64,000 nt of DNA from Nitrososphaerota archaeon (GCA_011605725.1 JAAOZP010000011.1:64001-128000), one strand, 5' to 3'. Positions 46,416-58,000 are shown, numbered from the stretch's first letter. Program-made: numbers and translations. Notes: generated by a model not told the origin, from the letters alone.

Positions 46416-47653
46416 GGGACGCCACGGTGATAGGAGGGGGGCCTTCAGGTCTGGCTGCAGCCGTATGGCTTGCGGAGAAGGGTTACGACGTAGCGGTCGT
46501 CGAAGTGATGGGGGAGCTCGGCGGGATGTTGACGCAGTGCATTCACGATGGCTTTGGAACAAGGGTTTTCGGAGAAGCCCTTTCGGGGCCAGAGTTTTCA
46601 GAAAGGCTTGTGAAAAAGGCCCGGTTGCTCGGGCTCAGGACGTTTCTGAATACCTACGTGAAGGAGGTTAGGATCGGGAAGGAGTTTAAAGAGGTTGTTG
46701 CAGTCAGCCCGGCGGGGGTTCAGAGGCTTCAGACTAGGGTGATAGTCTACGCGATAGGCTGCAGAGAGAGGAACGGTTTTGAAATAAGGCTTGGCGGAGC
46801 AAGGCCGGCAGGGGTCTACACGGCTGGAATGGTTCAGAGGCTCGTAAACCTGTACGGGGTTCTCCCGGGGAGGAGGATCGTGATAATGGGCGGCGGCGAC
46901 GTCGGCATGATTGTAGCTAGACACCTCCACCTGGAGGGTGTGGAGAGCATCCTGATGGTTTTCCCAGAGGCTGGCTTCGCAGGGCTTCCGAGGAATGTTC
47001 AACAATGCATTCTAGACTTCGGAATCCCGTTCAGGCCCAGGACGGTTGTGAAAAAGGTAATCGGGAAAGAGAGGGTGGAAGGAGTCGTCTTAACCAGGGT
47101 TGATGAAAAGTGGAACCCTGTTGAGGGGACTGAGGAATTCCATGCTTGCGACACTGTTGTCCTCGCCCTAGGCTTAGTGCCCTACACCGGGGAGCTTAAG
47201 CTCGGGGTTAGAATGGATCCTGCAACCAGAGGCCCTGAGGTGAACGAGTTTTTCGAAACCAGTGTGCAAGGGGTTTTCGCCGTGGGGAACCTCGTCCAGG
47301 TTTTCGACTATGTTGACGACGCTTTTGAAACCGCATGCATAGCTGCCAGGGGTGTGGAAAAGTATTTGAACAGCGGGTTGAAGACGGCTCCGATAAGGCT
47401 TTCCCCAGGGGAAAACGTTAGGATGCTTACACCCCAGAGGGTTGAATGGGTTGACGATGCGGACGTGCCGGTGTTCCTGAGACCGGCTGTTGAGAAGGCT
47501 AATGTACGCATAGTGGTGAGGAACAGGGAGGGAAGGGTCCTCGGAGGATTCTTCAAGAGGTATGTTAGGCCTTCTACGCTTGAGAGAATAGAGGTTCCCA
47601 GAAGCATGCTAAGCAACCTGCAGGAGGTTTCGATAGATATTGCAGAGGATTGA
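46412..47653 (+). CDS. NAD(P)/FAD-dependent pyridine nucleotide-disulfide oxidoreductase (G3PDH partner subunit)
   Basis: IGGGPSGLAAA, LGGML.QCIHDGFG, GCRER, RPAGVYTAG, RNVQQC, GVFAVGN; GTGA overlap with the upstream stop. Confidence 0.88.
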   Translation: MRDATVIGGGPSGLAAAVWLAEKGYDVAVVEVMGELGGMLTQCIHDGFGTRVFGEALSGPEFSERLVKKARLLGLRTFLNTYVKEVRIGKEFKEVVAVSPAGVQRLQTRVIVYAIGCRERNGFEIRLGGARPAGVYTAGMVQRLVNLYGVLPGRRIVIMGGGDVGMIVARHLHLEGVESILMVFPEAGFAGLPRNVQQCILDFGIPFRPRTVVKKVIGKERVEGVVLTRVDEKWNPVEGTEEFHACDTVVLALGLVPYTGELKLGVRMDPATRGPEVNEFFETSVQGVFAVGNLVQVFDYVDDAFETACIAARGVEKYLNSGLKTAPIRLSPGENVRMLTPQRVEWVDDADVPVFLRPAVEKANVRIVVRNREGRVLGGFFKRYVRPSTLERIEVPRSMLSNLQEVSIDIAED

Positions 47654-48002
47654 GCTTCTCTGCACCCGGTGCCCCAGGGGCTGCCTTCTAAGGGTTACTG
47701 CAACAGGGAGCAGAGTGGCTGTGGAGGGTAACGAGTGTCCAGTTGGCGAGAAGCACGGGGCCGAGGAGGCTTTGAACCCTAGGCGGACCGTCTCGACAAC
47801 TGTTAGGATAATTGGCGCGAGGCTTCCACGCCTTCCAGTAAGGACTTCTGAGCCGGTGTTGAAGAATAGGGTGAGGGATGTTGTTGCTGCGCTTAAGAAC
47901 ATTGCAGTAGAGGCCCCGGTTAAGGCGGGTCAGGTAATTCTTAAAAACGTTGCTGACACTGGAGTAGACATCATAGCTGAGAGGGATATGGAGAGGGCTT
48001 AG
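47640..48002 (+). CDS. DUF1667 small Cys-rich protein (third G3PDH-associated subunit)
   Basis: CTRCPRGC, GNECPVG, P.RTVSTTV, LPVRTSEP, APVKAG, TGVDIIA. Confidence 0.88.
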   Translation: MQRIELLCTRCPRGCLLRVTATGSRVAVEGNECPVGEKHGAEEALNPRRTVSTTVRIIGARLPRLPVRTSEPVLKNRVRDVVAALKNIAVEAPVKAGQVILKNVADTGVDIIAERDMERA

Positions 48003-48003
48003 C

Positions 48004-49506
48004 ATGAGCTATTTTCTCATACTGGATGTCGGAACCACCAACGTGAAGGCGCATGCTTTTTCGATTAATGGTGAAAACCTGCTTGAACTAGCGGAGAGGC
48101 TTCGGCCAAGCTATCCTAGGCCTGGATGGGTTGAAGAAGACCCGATGGACTTCATCATCAGGATTAGCAGACTCGTCGACATGTTTTTCGAAAAGCTTGG
48201 GAAACCGCTTGGAATAGGCTTGACAAACCAGCGGAGCAGCACCGTCTTATGGAGCAAGAAGTCTGGGGAGCCTCTTTACAACGCGATCACGTGGCAGGAC
48301 ACTAGGACCAAGGATATTGTAGAAGAGTTTTCCTCAAGGTTTCTAGTAAGCATGGGGAGGACACTGGGCAAGGCTTTCAACCTTCTCTCTAAGGCTTTTC
48401 CACCTTTAAAGGAGACAAGCAGGGGAGCCTACTTTGTTACACTTGCATACGTGTCGTTCGGAACAACACATTCCTCCATGCACCTAAGATGGCTCATCGA
48501 CAATGTTCCAGATGCGAGGCGCGCCGTTGAAAACGGTGAGGCTGTTTTCGGAACGATAGATTCATGGATCGCTTGGAACCTTACTGGCAGACATGTAACC
48601 GACTATACTAACGCGAGTGCCACAGGCCTGTTCGACTCTTTCAGCATGAAATGGAGCAGGAACATTTTAAGCATCGTAGGGGTTCCGAGAAGCATTCTTC
48701 CAACAATAGTTCCTAACGATGCTGCAATAGGCAGGGTTAAGGATTACGATGTTCCTCTTCTCACAATGATAGCTGACCAGCAGGCCTCACTTTACATGGC
48801 GGGTGTTTCCAAGGGTGTTGTGAAGATGACGAGCGGCACCGGAACATTCATAGATATGAATGTTGGGGAGAAGTGTATGGCTGGAGCGAGAGGACTCTAC
48901 CCGTTGATTGCACTCGCCACCAAGCGTAGAAACCTTTACCTGCTGGAGGGGAATGTTCTAACCTCAGGCTCAACGCTAGACTGGCTTATTGAAGTAGGGC
49001 TTATGAAAGACTATTCTGAGATACGTGAAGCCTTCGAGAAAACGGGGGAGGGCGGAATAGTGTTCATCCCCGCTCTCTCCGGGCTCGGAACACCCTATGT
49101 GAAGCCTGATGCAACAGGCATGATCCTTGGGATCACGAGGGGAACCAGGAGGGAAGACCTGATCCGAGGGGCTGTTGAGGGCGTGGCTATGCGCTGCGTG
49201 GAGATACTCGAGTATCTTGAGAAAACAACTGGAATAAGGGTACAGCGCGTAGTAGCCGACGGCGGGCTCTCTAAGAGCGACGACTTCCTCCGGACTGTTG
49301 CAAACTATTCTTCAAAGCTTGTCTTGAGACCAGTACACCTGAATGGCTCCGCCTACGGGACCTACATGCTGTGTAAGAACATATTGCTCGGAAAGGATCC
49401 TGTGGAAGCATGGGAAGAGCCTGCTGTCGAGAAGGCTTTCACCCCGGTTGAACCCAGGGGGGAGCTTATGGCACGCTGGACCAGAGCTTTGAGGAGGCTT
49501 CTTTAA
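48004..49506 (+). CDS. FGGY-family glycerol kinase-like protein resembling the eukaryotic GK5 subfamily
   Basis: LDVGTT, PGWVE, TNQRSS, ITWQD.R, FGTIDSW, TD.TNAS.TG, ADQQAS, K.TSGTG, GLYPLI, DGG; amphipathic insert after WQD. Confidence 0.85.
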   Translation: MSYFLILDVGTTNVKAHAFSINGENLLELAERLRPSYPRPGWVEEDPMDFIIRISRLVDMFFEKLGKPLGIGLTNQRSSTVLWSKKSGEPLYNAITWQDTRTKDIVEEFSSRFLVSMGRTLGKAFNLLSKAFPPLKETSRGAYFVTLAYVSFGTTHSSMHLRWLIDNVPDARRAVENGEAVFGTIDSWIAWNLTGRHVTDYTNASATGLFDSFSMKWSRNILSIVGVPRSILPTIVPNDAAIGRVKDYDVPLLTMIADQQASLYMAGVSKGVVKMTSGTGTFIDMNVGEKCMAGARGLYPLIALATKRRNLYLLEGNVLTSGSTLDWLIEVGLMKDYSEIREAFEKTGEGGIVFIPALSGLGTPYVKPDATGMILGITRGTRREDLIRGAVEGVAMRCVEILEYLEKTTGIRVQRVVADGGLSKSDDFLRTVANYSSKLVLRPVHLNGSAYGTYMLCKNILLGKDPVEAWEEPAVEKAFTPVEPRGELMARWTRALRRLL

Positions 49507-49507
49507 A

Positions 49508-50916
49508 TCAGTTTTCAGCATGTTTAAAGTAGACAGGGTTCGTCAAAGCGAAGACGGTGTCGTCCTCCCCAAGTTTGACGGAATACGGGTCTGAGTACCA
49601 GCCCAGCTCAGCCCTTATAAACATGCAGTTCTGCTTAACCCTGAGCTTCTTCACATGCTTGAAGGCTTTTCCATCAATACGGATTGTTTCCTCCACTCCT
49701 TGAGAAGTTATCAGTCTCAGCACGGCTCCTTCCCCGTCCTGGGCTTCAGCCGTGATTTCCACCTCCTCTTCACCGTTCACGTTAACCACGTCACCGGTTT
49801 CAAAGACTCGTGGACCAGAGTAAGCCTTCAACTCTAGAAGCGGCCCGTTTAGAGAATGAGATATGAATACCCTGCCCTGTTTAACGGAGCTTAATACACT
49901 CCTTATAGAGAGAGAGTTTACCCGTATCCACGTAGTCGGTTCGCTAAGCCTGATGAAAGAATTCTCCGCACCATGATAGTCGCTACCGCCTACGCTGTCA
50001 CCTTAAGACCCTCGCTCAGCAAGCTATGCCACCATGCAAGAGATTCCCAGTTCTTCAAAAACCATGGGCCGTTCCAAACTTCCACAGCGTCGAAACCCCT
50101 TACTTCTTTAAACTGGAAGTCGCAACCTATGCAGAGCTCTCCGAGGTCCCTAGGGTGGTCAACCGATACTAAGAGGCCTCTGCTGTGAGCCTCGTTGATC
50201 AGAGAAACAAAGTCCTCCCGCCTCCTCCTTCTGAAGTCAAACCAATCTCCTCCCCATATGTTTAAGTGCCCGCGGTACGTGGTTACTTCCACTCCAGGTA
50301 TTAAAAGGACAGGCGGGTCCTTGATTCCCAGAACCTCGTAAAACTGGCTTCGCGTATTGTGGTCAGTTATAGCTATGTAGTTCAGGTTCTGTTCAAGAGC
50401 CATGTCAACCAGTTCAGGGATACTCTGCTTCCCATCGCTATGATGGCTGTGAACATGTAAATCCCCCTTTATCCATCCTGAGGCTAAGGCTTGCTTCCGC
50501 TTGGGCCACTTTAGAGAGTGCTCTTCAAAACCGTGACCCGTGGAAACAGCTTCTCCAAGCCTAAAAGCACTCGCTAAAACCCTGTACTTGCATCCGTCGG
50601 GCGGTATTTTAGCCAGACCTAGGATTATTGACCATGCTCCAGGAGGGATCTCGCCGGCAACATACCCTGGGGTAGCTGCCTCAACGGATATTGTGAACTT
50701 AGGCTTGTTCGAGCCACTCCAACCCCTGAACAATCCTTTCGGGTCTATTATGCCTATGTCTAGGACACACTTCGGTCCTCCCTGGTATTCGTACGAGACC
50801 TCTATGGCGTCGCAGGCCTGGGGAAGGTTGAACGTTAAGTACTTGTAGTCATCTTCATCCTTGTCTCTGGGGGTTAACACTCCTTGAAACTCCCATCTTA
50901 GAACTTCCTTCCTCAA
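49508..50916 (-). pseudogene. CehA/McbA-type PHP metallohydrolase split by a 1-nt deletion near 49993
   Basis: GDLHVHSHHSDG, ITDHN, HP, EVWNG, then ...KVTA*; the -1 frame continues VGGSDYH...PTTW...VKQGRVF into the 49508-49831 ORF. Confidence 0.85.
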
Positions 50917-51000
50917 GCTACTTAATTCCTGATGCAGGCTGGATTTAAACCCGCCTCCGCAAAAAACATTGTTAAATAGCTGGCAAAATTTCCCTGCTGG

Positions 51001-51789
51001 CTAATAAAGCTTGTTGAAGAGCCTCATGCTCTTCTCATGGGCTTCGACGGCAAGCCTTAAACCTTCCTCCGAGCAACCCAGCCTAAGCTTTGCTTCAGCC
51101 TCCTCCACTAAGCGTGCGAGTTCAACCGTCTGGTCGGCCGCTCCTTTTCTGAGCAATGCTTCAAGCGCAGACCTTGCGAGGTAGAGGATTTCATCCGTAA
51201 GCGTGTAACCCATGTACGGCAGCCTGCCGTATTCTAAAAGCCTAGTGTAAAGATCGCTCCGTCCCACGCTGAGTGTTTTCTCAACAAGCATCTCACCCCA
51301 GTGTCTAGCCCACTCCATGACTATGTCAAGATTATACCTTGTAACGGGCTCGGCCACAACAGGGTTGAAGCCTACCAGCATCATCCACCTACAGATCTCT
51401 TGAAGCGCTGTTACGCATCCCTTGCCTGTACCGCCTGCAACAGCCACTGCGACAGAAGGTCTAGCATCTTCACGATAGTTTCTCATCCTATCTATGAAGT
51501 TTTTCGCAAGACCGTTAACAGAGAGAAAGTAAACGGGTGCCGCGAAAACAAGCGCGTCGCACTCGTTGAAAAGCCGTCTCAACTCAAGCCCGTCATCCAC
51601 AACTATGCATTTCATGCTTTCCCAGCATTCGGCTTTTGCACATGCCAAGCAGGGTTGTAGCGTTTTACTGGACAGGTCGACAAGCTCTACGCTACCACCC
51701 TTGTCCTCAACCCCTTTGATTATTCTGTTTAAAATTTTTTTGCAAATCCCCTCCTTATGCGGAGAACCGTTAACAGCCAGGACTCGCAT
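51001..51789 (-). CDS. Iron-sulfur flavoprotein / flavodoxin-fold FMN reductase with a helical C-terminal extension
   Basis: NGSPHKEG, CLAC....C.....C...DD, PVYF....G..KNFIDR. Confidence 0.85.
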   Translation of the reverse strand: MRVLAVNGSPHKEGICKKILNRIIKGVEDKGGSVELVDLSSKTLQPCLACAKAECWESMKCIVVDDGLELRRLFNECDALVFAAPVYFLSVNGLAKNFIDRMRNYREDARPSVAVAVAGGTGKGCVTALQEICRWMMLVGFNPVVAEPVTRYNLDIVMEWARHWGEMLVEKTLSVGRSDLYTRLLEYGRLPYMGYTLTDEILYLARSALEALLRKGAADQTVELARLVEEAEAKLRLGCSEEGLRLAVEAHEKSMRLFNKLY

Positions 51790-52059
51790 GATTAAGGCTC
51801 GTGAAGCCTTCTATTAAATATTATTGAATTTCTCCCTGACTGATGATATGCATGGACGCGCGCCACTGTAGCTCGAGTTTTTATTTTGATATTCGCGCGC
51901 TGCCCTCTCTAGGAGGTGTTGTTTTAAAAGACGAAAAATGGGTTAAAAATTTTTCATTAAAAGCTTCTATTATGCATTTTTTTAAAAAATGAGTTTAGGA
52001 ACTGTTATTTTTCGTGAAAAGTTTAAATGTTGAACTGTTTGTAACATTTAGAACAGACA

Positions 52060-55000
52060 ATGATGATATTAAACACATGCCGCATATTCGTTAGGCGTTT
52101 TGGAAAAACATGGGCAGGAGTACTGCTCGTAAGCATGATGCTCCTAGTCGTGCTCTCAATGTTGCCAACATCCCTGCATACTAGTGCAGTACCCCCCAGC
52201 AGACAACCCCCCAGTATTACGATTAATACTGTTACTCAGGACGGTAATCTTTTTACCGTCAAAGGGGTTGCTAGCTTCAGCGTCCCTGCTGGCCAGACGA
52301 GTCAATACCATGTTCAAGTGGTCTGGGAGCATAACGGTAGTGTTGTCTTTCAAAACGATTATGCAGAGATCCCCCCGTTGAAAGACCTGGGTGAAGAAAG
52401 ATACGAGTATGATTTTGCTGATTCTAGAACGCTGAATACTGGCGGGGAATGGACAATCAGGGCTAGACTCTACCATGTGAAACCTCCCGGGAACGATAAT
52501 CAGGCAGATGCTTCTACGAAGATCATTTTCACAACTTTTATGGTGACCATTACCACTAAGCCGGAAGGATTAAAAATAGCTGTGGACGGGGAAGTCTACA
52601 CGTCTCCGCAAACCTTTGCTTGGCTAAACGGCTCTAAGCACACTATCGGCACCTTCTCCCCGCAGTCTGAAGGAGACACGATTTACACGTGGGTTTCTTG
52701 GAGCGACGGCGGTGAAATAAGCCACATGGTGACAGCAGTAGGCGACGCCATCTACACAGCATTCTTCAAGAAGCAGTATCTTGTGTGCTTCAACCAAACG
52801 GGTCTTGACAGTTCTGCAACCGGGGTTATTGTAACGGTTAATGGTTCATCTAAAAGCTATGACAAACTGCCTTTCAGCAACTGGTATGATGAGAACGATT
52901 GGATCAGCTATAGTTATGCTGAAACAGTGAATAGCTCTCAAACAGGGAAAAGGTTCAAGCTTAACTATGTCACTGGACCAGCCTCGCCTTTCCAAGTCTC
53001 TTCATTCACGCTAGTGATTGGCAGCTACACGCCTCAATACCTTCTGACTGTTGAAACCGAGCCTGACGGCTTAACAATTATTCCTGGTGGCGGATGGTAT
53101 GATGCAAACTCGTTAATCATTTTAACAGCGCCGGGAACAATACCGGTTTCACAAGGAATCCAATACAGGTTCAGCCACTGGAGCATAGACGGGGTTTCTC
53201 AAGGCATGGGGGTCAACCCTATTACGGTGAGCATGAACACGACTCATACTGCAACAGCCCACTATGTTCTTCAATACTATCTGACGGTGGAATCTCCATA
53301 CGGGGCACCAAGCCCGGGCAGCGGATGGTTTGACGCTGGAACAAGTATAACAGCATCAGTCACCTCACCCTGGCCTCCTGACTCTGCAGACACCCGGAGT
53401 GTTTGCACAGGATGGGTAGGCACAGGAAGTGCCCCGTCCTCTGGAACCAATACTGAAGTGTCTTTCACTATTAATGCGCCCTCAAGCATAACCTGGAGCT
53501 GGAAAACCCAGTACCGCGTCGCTTTCATCCAGACAGGTGTTGACGTCGACTTCACCGGGGTAGTGATGACTATTGACGGTATCGGCCACGGTAGGGAGGG
53601 TCACGCCGCCTGGTATGATGTTGGAGCAAGCATCGACTTCAACTTCACGGGACTCCTGGTTGTTGCAGTCAACCAGAAACGATACGTGTTGACTAGCGTC
53701 AACGCTTCCACACCCTTGATTGTTACAGGCCCGCTTACCGTCATGGGCAGCTATAGGACACAGTATTACTTGACGATGATCACGAGCCACGGTACAGTAA
53801 GCCCCGGCGACGGGTGGTTTGACGCTGGTTCAACCGTGGAGATAACCGCTGCCCTGCCTCCGGTTGTCCAGGGTGAACGCTATGTTTGGATGGGATGGAC
53901 AGGGACAGGAAGCGGGTCATACACCGGTATGCAGAACCCGGCTCAAATAACCGTTAACAGCCCGATTAAAGAGTCAGCCTCATGGAAGCATCAATACTAT
54001 CTGGCTGTGAACACGCCATACGGCACTGCTGGCGGCGAAGACTGGTATGATGAGGGTTCAGCCGCTTACGCTACAGTAGCCCCGCTAACGGTTGACGGGC
54101 CGGATGGCGTAAGGTATGTCTTTTCACACTGGAGTGGAGATGCTTCAGGGACTGCTTCAACTTCAGACCCGATTACGATGAATGCGCCGAAGACGGCGAT
54201 TGCCATCTGGAAGACTCAGTACCGAGTTGTGTTCAACCAGAACGGTTTAGATGAAACAGCTGTTGGAACCGTTGTCACTGTCAACGGCTCAGAACATATG
54301 CAGAGCAACCTGCCTTTCACAACATGGGTGGACAGCGGTGCTTCAATCAACTATGGCTTTGAAAGCATTGTTTTAACCAGCGACCCCGGTAAGAGGTTTA
54401 GGCTAAACAATGTGACTGGGCCTGAAACACCGTTTACTGTTACTGGTCCCGTAACGGTTGCTGGAAACTATGTCACTCAATGGCGGGTCGTGTTCACTGT
54501 AGATCCACCCGGTTCAGGAACAACCGTGCCCTCTGGAGCCGGCTGGTATGACGCAGGGATACGGTTCAGCATATCTGCTGAGGCTAATCCTGGGTTCTCG
54601 TTTTCAGAGTGGACTGTGAACACCTCATCCATAAATATCGCCGACACTTCGTCGCAGCAGACCAGTGTGACAGTAAATGGTCAAGGAACCGTCACAGCAT
54701 GCTTCACCATTTTCTACACCGTCTCTTTCACTCAAATAGGCTTGCCAACCGGGGTTGAGTGGAGCGTTACTTTCAACGGGGTGACGAAATCCTCTACGTC
54801 GAACACTATTGTTTTCAGCAATGTTCAAACCGGAGACTACGCTTGGAGCACGCTAACGCTTATTCAATTAGATTCTGGAACAAGATACTTAGCGTCACCC
54901 TCATTCGGAACACTAAGCGTGCCGTCGCAGCTGACGCAAACGATAAGCTACACTGCCCAGTATAGGGTTGAAATATCATGGTCTGGGCTTGATGCTGAAG

Positions 55001-58000
55001 CCAGCGGCGGGAAAGTGGTCATCATCACGGTAGGCGGCACGGTTTTCAGCAGGAATGTGGAAGACGCTTTCTACGAGGAGTGGGTTAATGCTGGAGCAAC
55101 AGTAAGCTATGCTTTCGAGGAAACCTTGTCTACAGCAATGTCGGGGAAAAGGTTTAGCCTCCACCATGTATCAGGCACTTCGGCAAGCTTCTCCAACGAC
55201 TTCGGTCCCATTTCAGGACCAGTATATGAAACAGCATACTATAAAGCTCAATACTATATTACTGTAATCAGTGACTACGGCAGCCCAACTTCCTCAACAT
55301 GGGTTGACGAGGGGACCAGTTTCACCGCCTCGGTGACAAGCCCGGCTGAAACCATGGTCAACCAGCACCAATGGGTCTGCACAGGCTTCAAGGTAGATGA
55401 GAATCCTGTTCAAGAGGGTTCGAGCTACACGTTTGTAAACGTGCAGACGCCGCACACCATAGTGTTTTACTGGAAGAAACAGTTCTGGATCCAGGTTAAC
55501 AGCAACCATGGTTCTCCAACACCCTCCCAATGGGTGGATCAGGGTGGAAGCCTTATGGTGAGCGTAACCTCTCCAACCGACGAGTCTGAAGGAGTAAGGT
55601 ATAGGTGTAAAGGCTACACTATAGATAGCAACCCGCCTGTTGAAGACGGGAGCACAAGCCACTTTTTCAGTGACGTTCAGAGTGCTCACACGATTACTTT
55701 CAACTGGATCGCCCAGTACAAGGTTACTTTCTACACTAATCCTGTTCAGGGGACTGTAACGGTTCGGGGAGTAGTTAAGAATAATGGTGAAAGCGAGTTT
55801 TACGATGATGGGGAATCAATCCCGATTACTGCGAACCCTCCCTCTGGCTACTGGTTCTCACGCTGGACAGTAACCGGCGGAGTCGCTGTAGACAACTATG
55901 GGAGTCAAACGGCAATTATGATGGTGAGCAGACCAGGCAGTCTTTCAGCAATATTCGTCATAAACGCTGTCTCAATAACAATCACTTCCAGCCCTGTTAC
56001 TGGAGTAGGCTTCATCAAGGTTGACGGCGTGCCCTACAATACTCCGGTAACTTTCACATGGGTAACTGGGACGACCCACGTGCTGGAGGCGGTTTCAATC
56101 GTGCCTGGGGCAACAGGCATTAGGTATGTATGGAAAAGCTGGAGTGACAGCGGGGCTCAGATGCATGTCTACACTGTCCCCAGCATGTCTGAGACAGTGA
56201 CAGCATGCTTCTCAACCCAGTATTATCTGACGGTGATTTCACCGCACGATACTCCAGGAGGCTCAGGATGGTATGAGGAGGGCTCAATCGCGTATGCAAC
56301 GCTTGAGACCAGAATTGTTGTCGAGAACGGTGTGCAATACGTGTTTACAGGCTGGAGTGGAGACGCTTCCGGAACAAGCCTTACGAGTAACCCGATAATG
56401 ATGAACGGTCCGAAAACCGCTGTGGCGAACTGGGCAACTTCAGCATACACGGTGACTCTCGACAAGAGCCCGAGGCAAGGAGTGATCACAGTTGACGGTG
56501 TTGTTTACACGAGTCTTCCGGTAGTGCTCAACTGGGTTCCAGGATCTTCTCACACGGTTATGGTTCCCAGTATTGAAGAGGCGGGAGGCACAAGGTATGT
56601 TTTCAGAGAATGGTCAGACGGCTCGACACAGGCTAGTAGAATAATCGTCGCTGAGAAAACTGGAGCAGTCTATGTCGCCTACTACAACGTGCAGCATAGG
56701 CTAACGGTCTACTCTGACCACGGGCTGACCACGGGCTCAGGATGGTATGACGAGGGTGTTGAAGCAGTTTTCTCCGTAACACCAACCATAGTGAGAGACG
56801 AGACAGAGGGAGTGGAGTACACGTTTAAAGGCTGGGTTGGAAGCGGGGCTGGAAAACACTACACCGGGCCGGATAATCCTGCGCGAGTCATAATGACTGG
56901 GCCTGTTGAGGAGAAAGCAGAATGGGAGCCTTCAATGTACTGTTTAAAAGTTGTCAGCGAGTATGGAGACCCGTATGGAAGCGGCTGGTATCCTGTAAAC
57001 TCTGAAGCACGGTTCGGAGTAAACACGCCTGTTAACCATGGTAACGGCACGATGAGAGTCTTCTTAAACTGGTTTGGAGACATAAGTCTCAGGGAGCCTG
57101 TTGGAACCCTGATTATGGTTAGGCCGTATACTGTAATAGCCAACTGGGACACTCAATACTTAGTGGTTTACAATACGACTGCTCCAAACGGTGTTTTACT
57201 ATCTGTGCCAGGAGTGCCTCAAACATTGGCACCGGGCTTCAACGTTTACGCGCAGTATTACTCAGCAGGAAGCAGGGTTAAAATCGGGCCGGCGCCCGGA
57301 ACCGTGTACGCGACTGAGGATACAAGGTATTGTTTCGAAGGCTGGATGATAAATGGGGAACCGGTCTCTTCCGATTCGAACCTAGACTTTACTGTGAATA
57401 AGCCTCTGCACATATCCATGACATATGGAACCGAGATACTCTTGACTGTAAACGTGGTAGGGGCGAATCGCAACTTCACTGTGAAACTTACGGTGGAGAA
57501 GAGCCCAGCCTACGTGCTTGACATCACGCCCTTATCTCCCTTTAAAGAATGGGTGAAGAAAGACACTGGCTTAACCCTCACCGTTTCCAGCCCGAACAAG
57601 ATAGGCCGTGGAGAGTGGGCTGTTTTCAGAGAATGGTCTGGAGACGCTCAGGGAAGTCAGAGAATAATCTCGTTGAAAGCTTCGAGACCAATAACGGTGA
57701 ACGCAGTGTTCTTCGCGGTCAACCCGGTTGCAGAATCAATACCCTACTCGCTGTTAACGGGCATAGTGTCGATAGTTCTTTCACGTTTAATACGGAGAAA
57801 ACGTGCAGAAGAACCCTTGGAACACCGGAGCTATTCGCCAACCCTGGGAATAGTGTCGCTGACTGCTGTGTTAACCGTATCAATAATAGTGAGCATCAGC
57901 GTAGCCATGGGCTACGGGATAAACGTTGCTGAGCTTCCAGACTTAGAAAACTGGGCCGTATTGTTCACCGGGGTTGAGGCAATCTTCTTCCTGGTCGCGA

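Noticed and set aside
49990-49992. TAG inside the PHP hydrolase as a pyrrolysine or readthrough codon
   Set aside because: In-frame readthrough gives unrelated sequence and a stop within about 25 codons; the conserved GGSDYH continuation is in another frame.
51836-51900. TGATGA at 51841 as the C box of a C/D sRNA
   Set aside because: No CTGA D box follows at a suitable distance.
52500-57700. Repeats of the giant protein as a CRISPR array or DGR template/variable pair
   Set aside because: The repeats are diverged and visible only at protein level; no identical DNA units, cas genes or reverse transcriptase are present.
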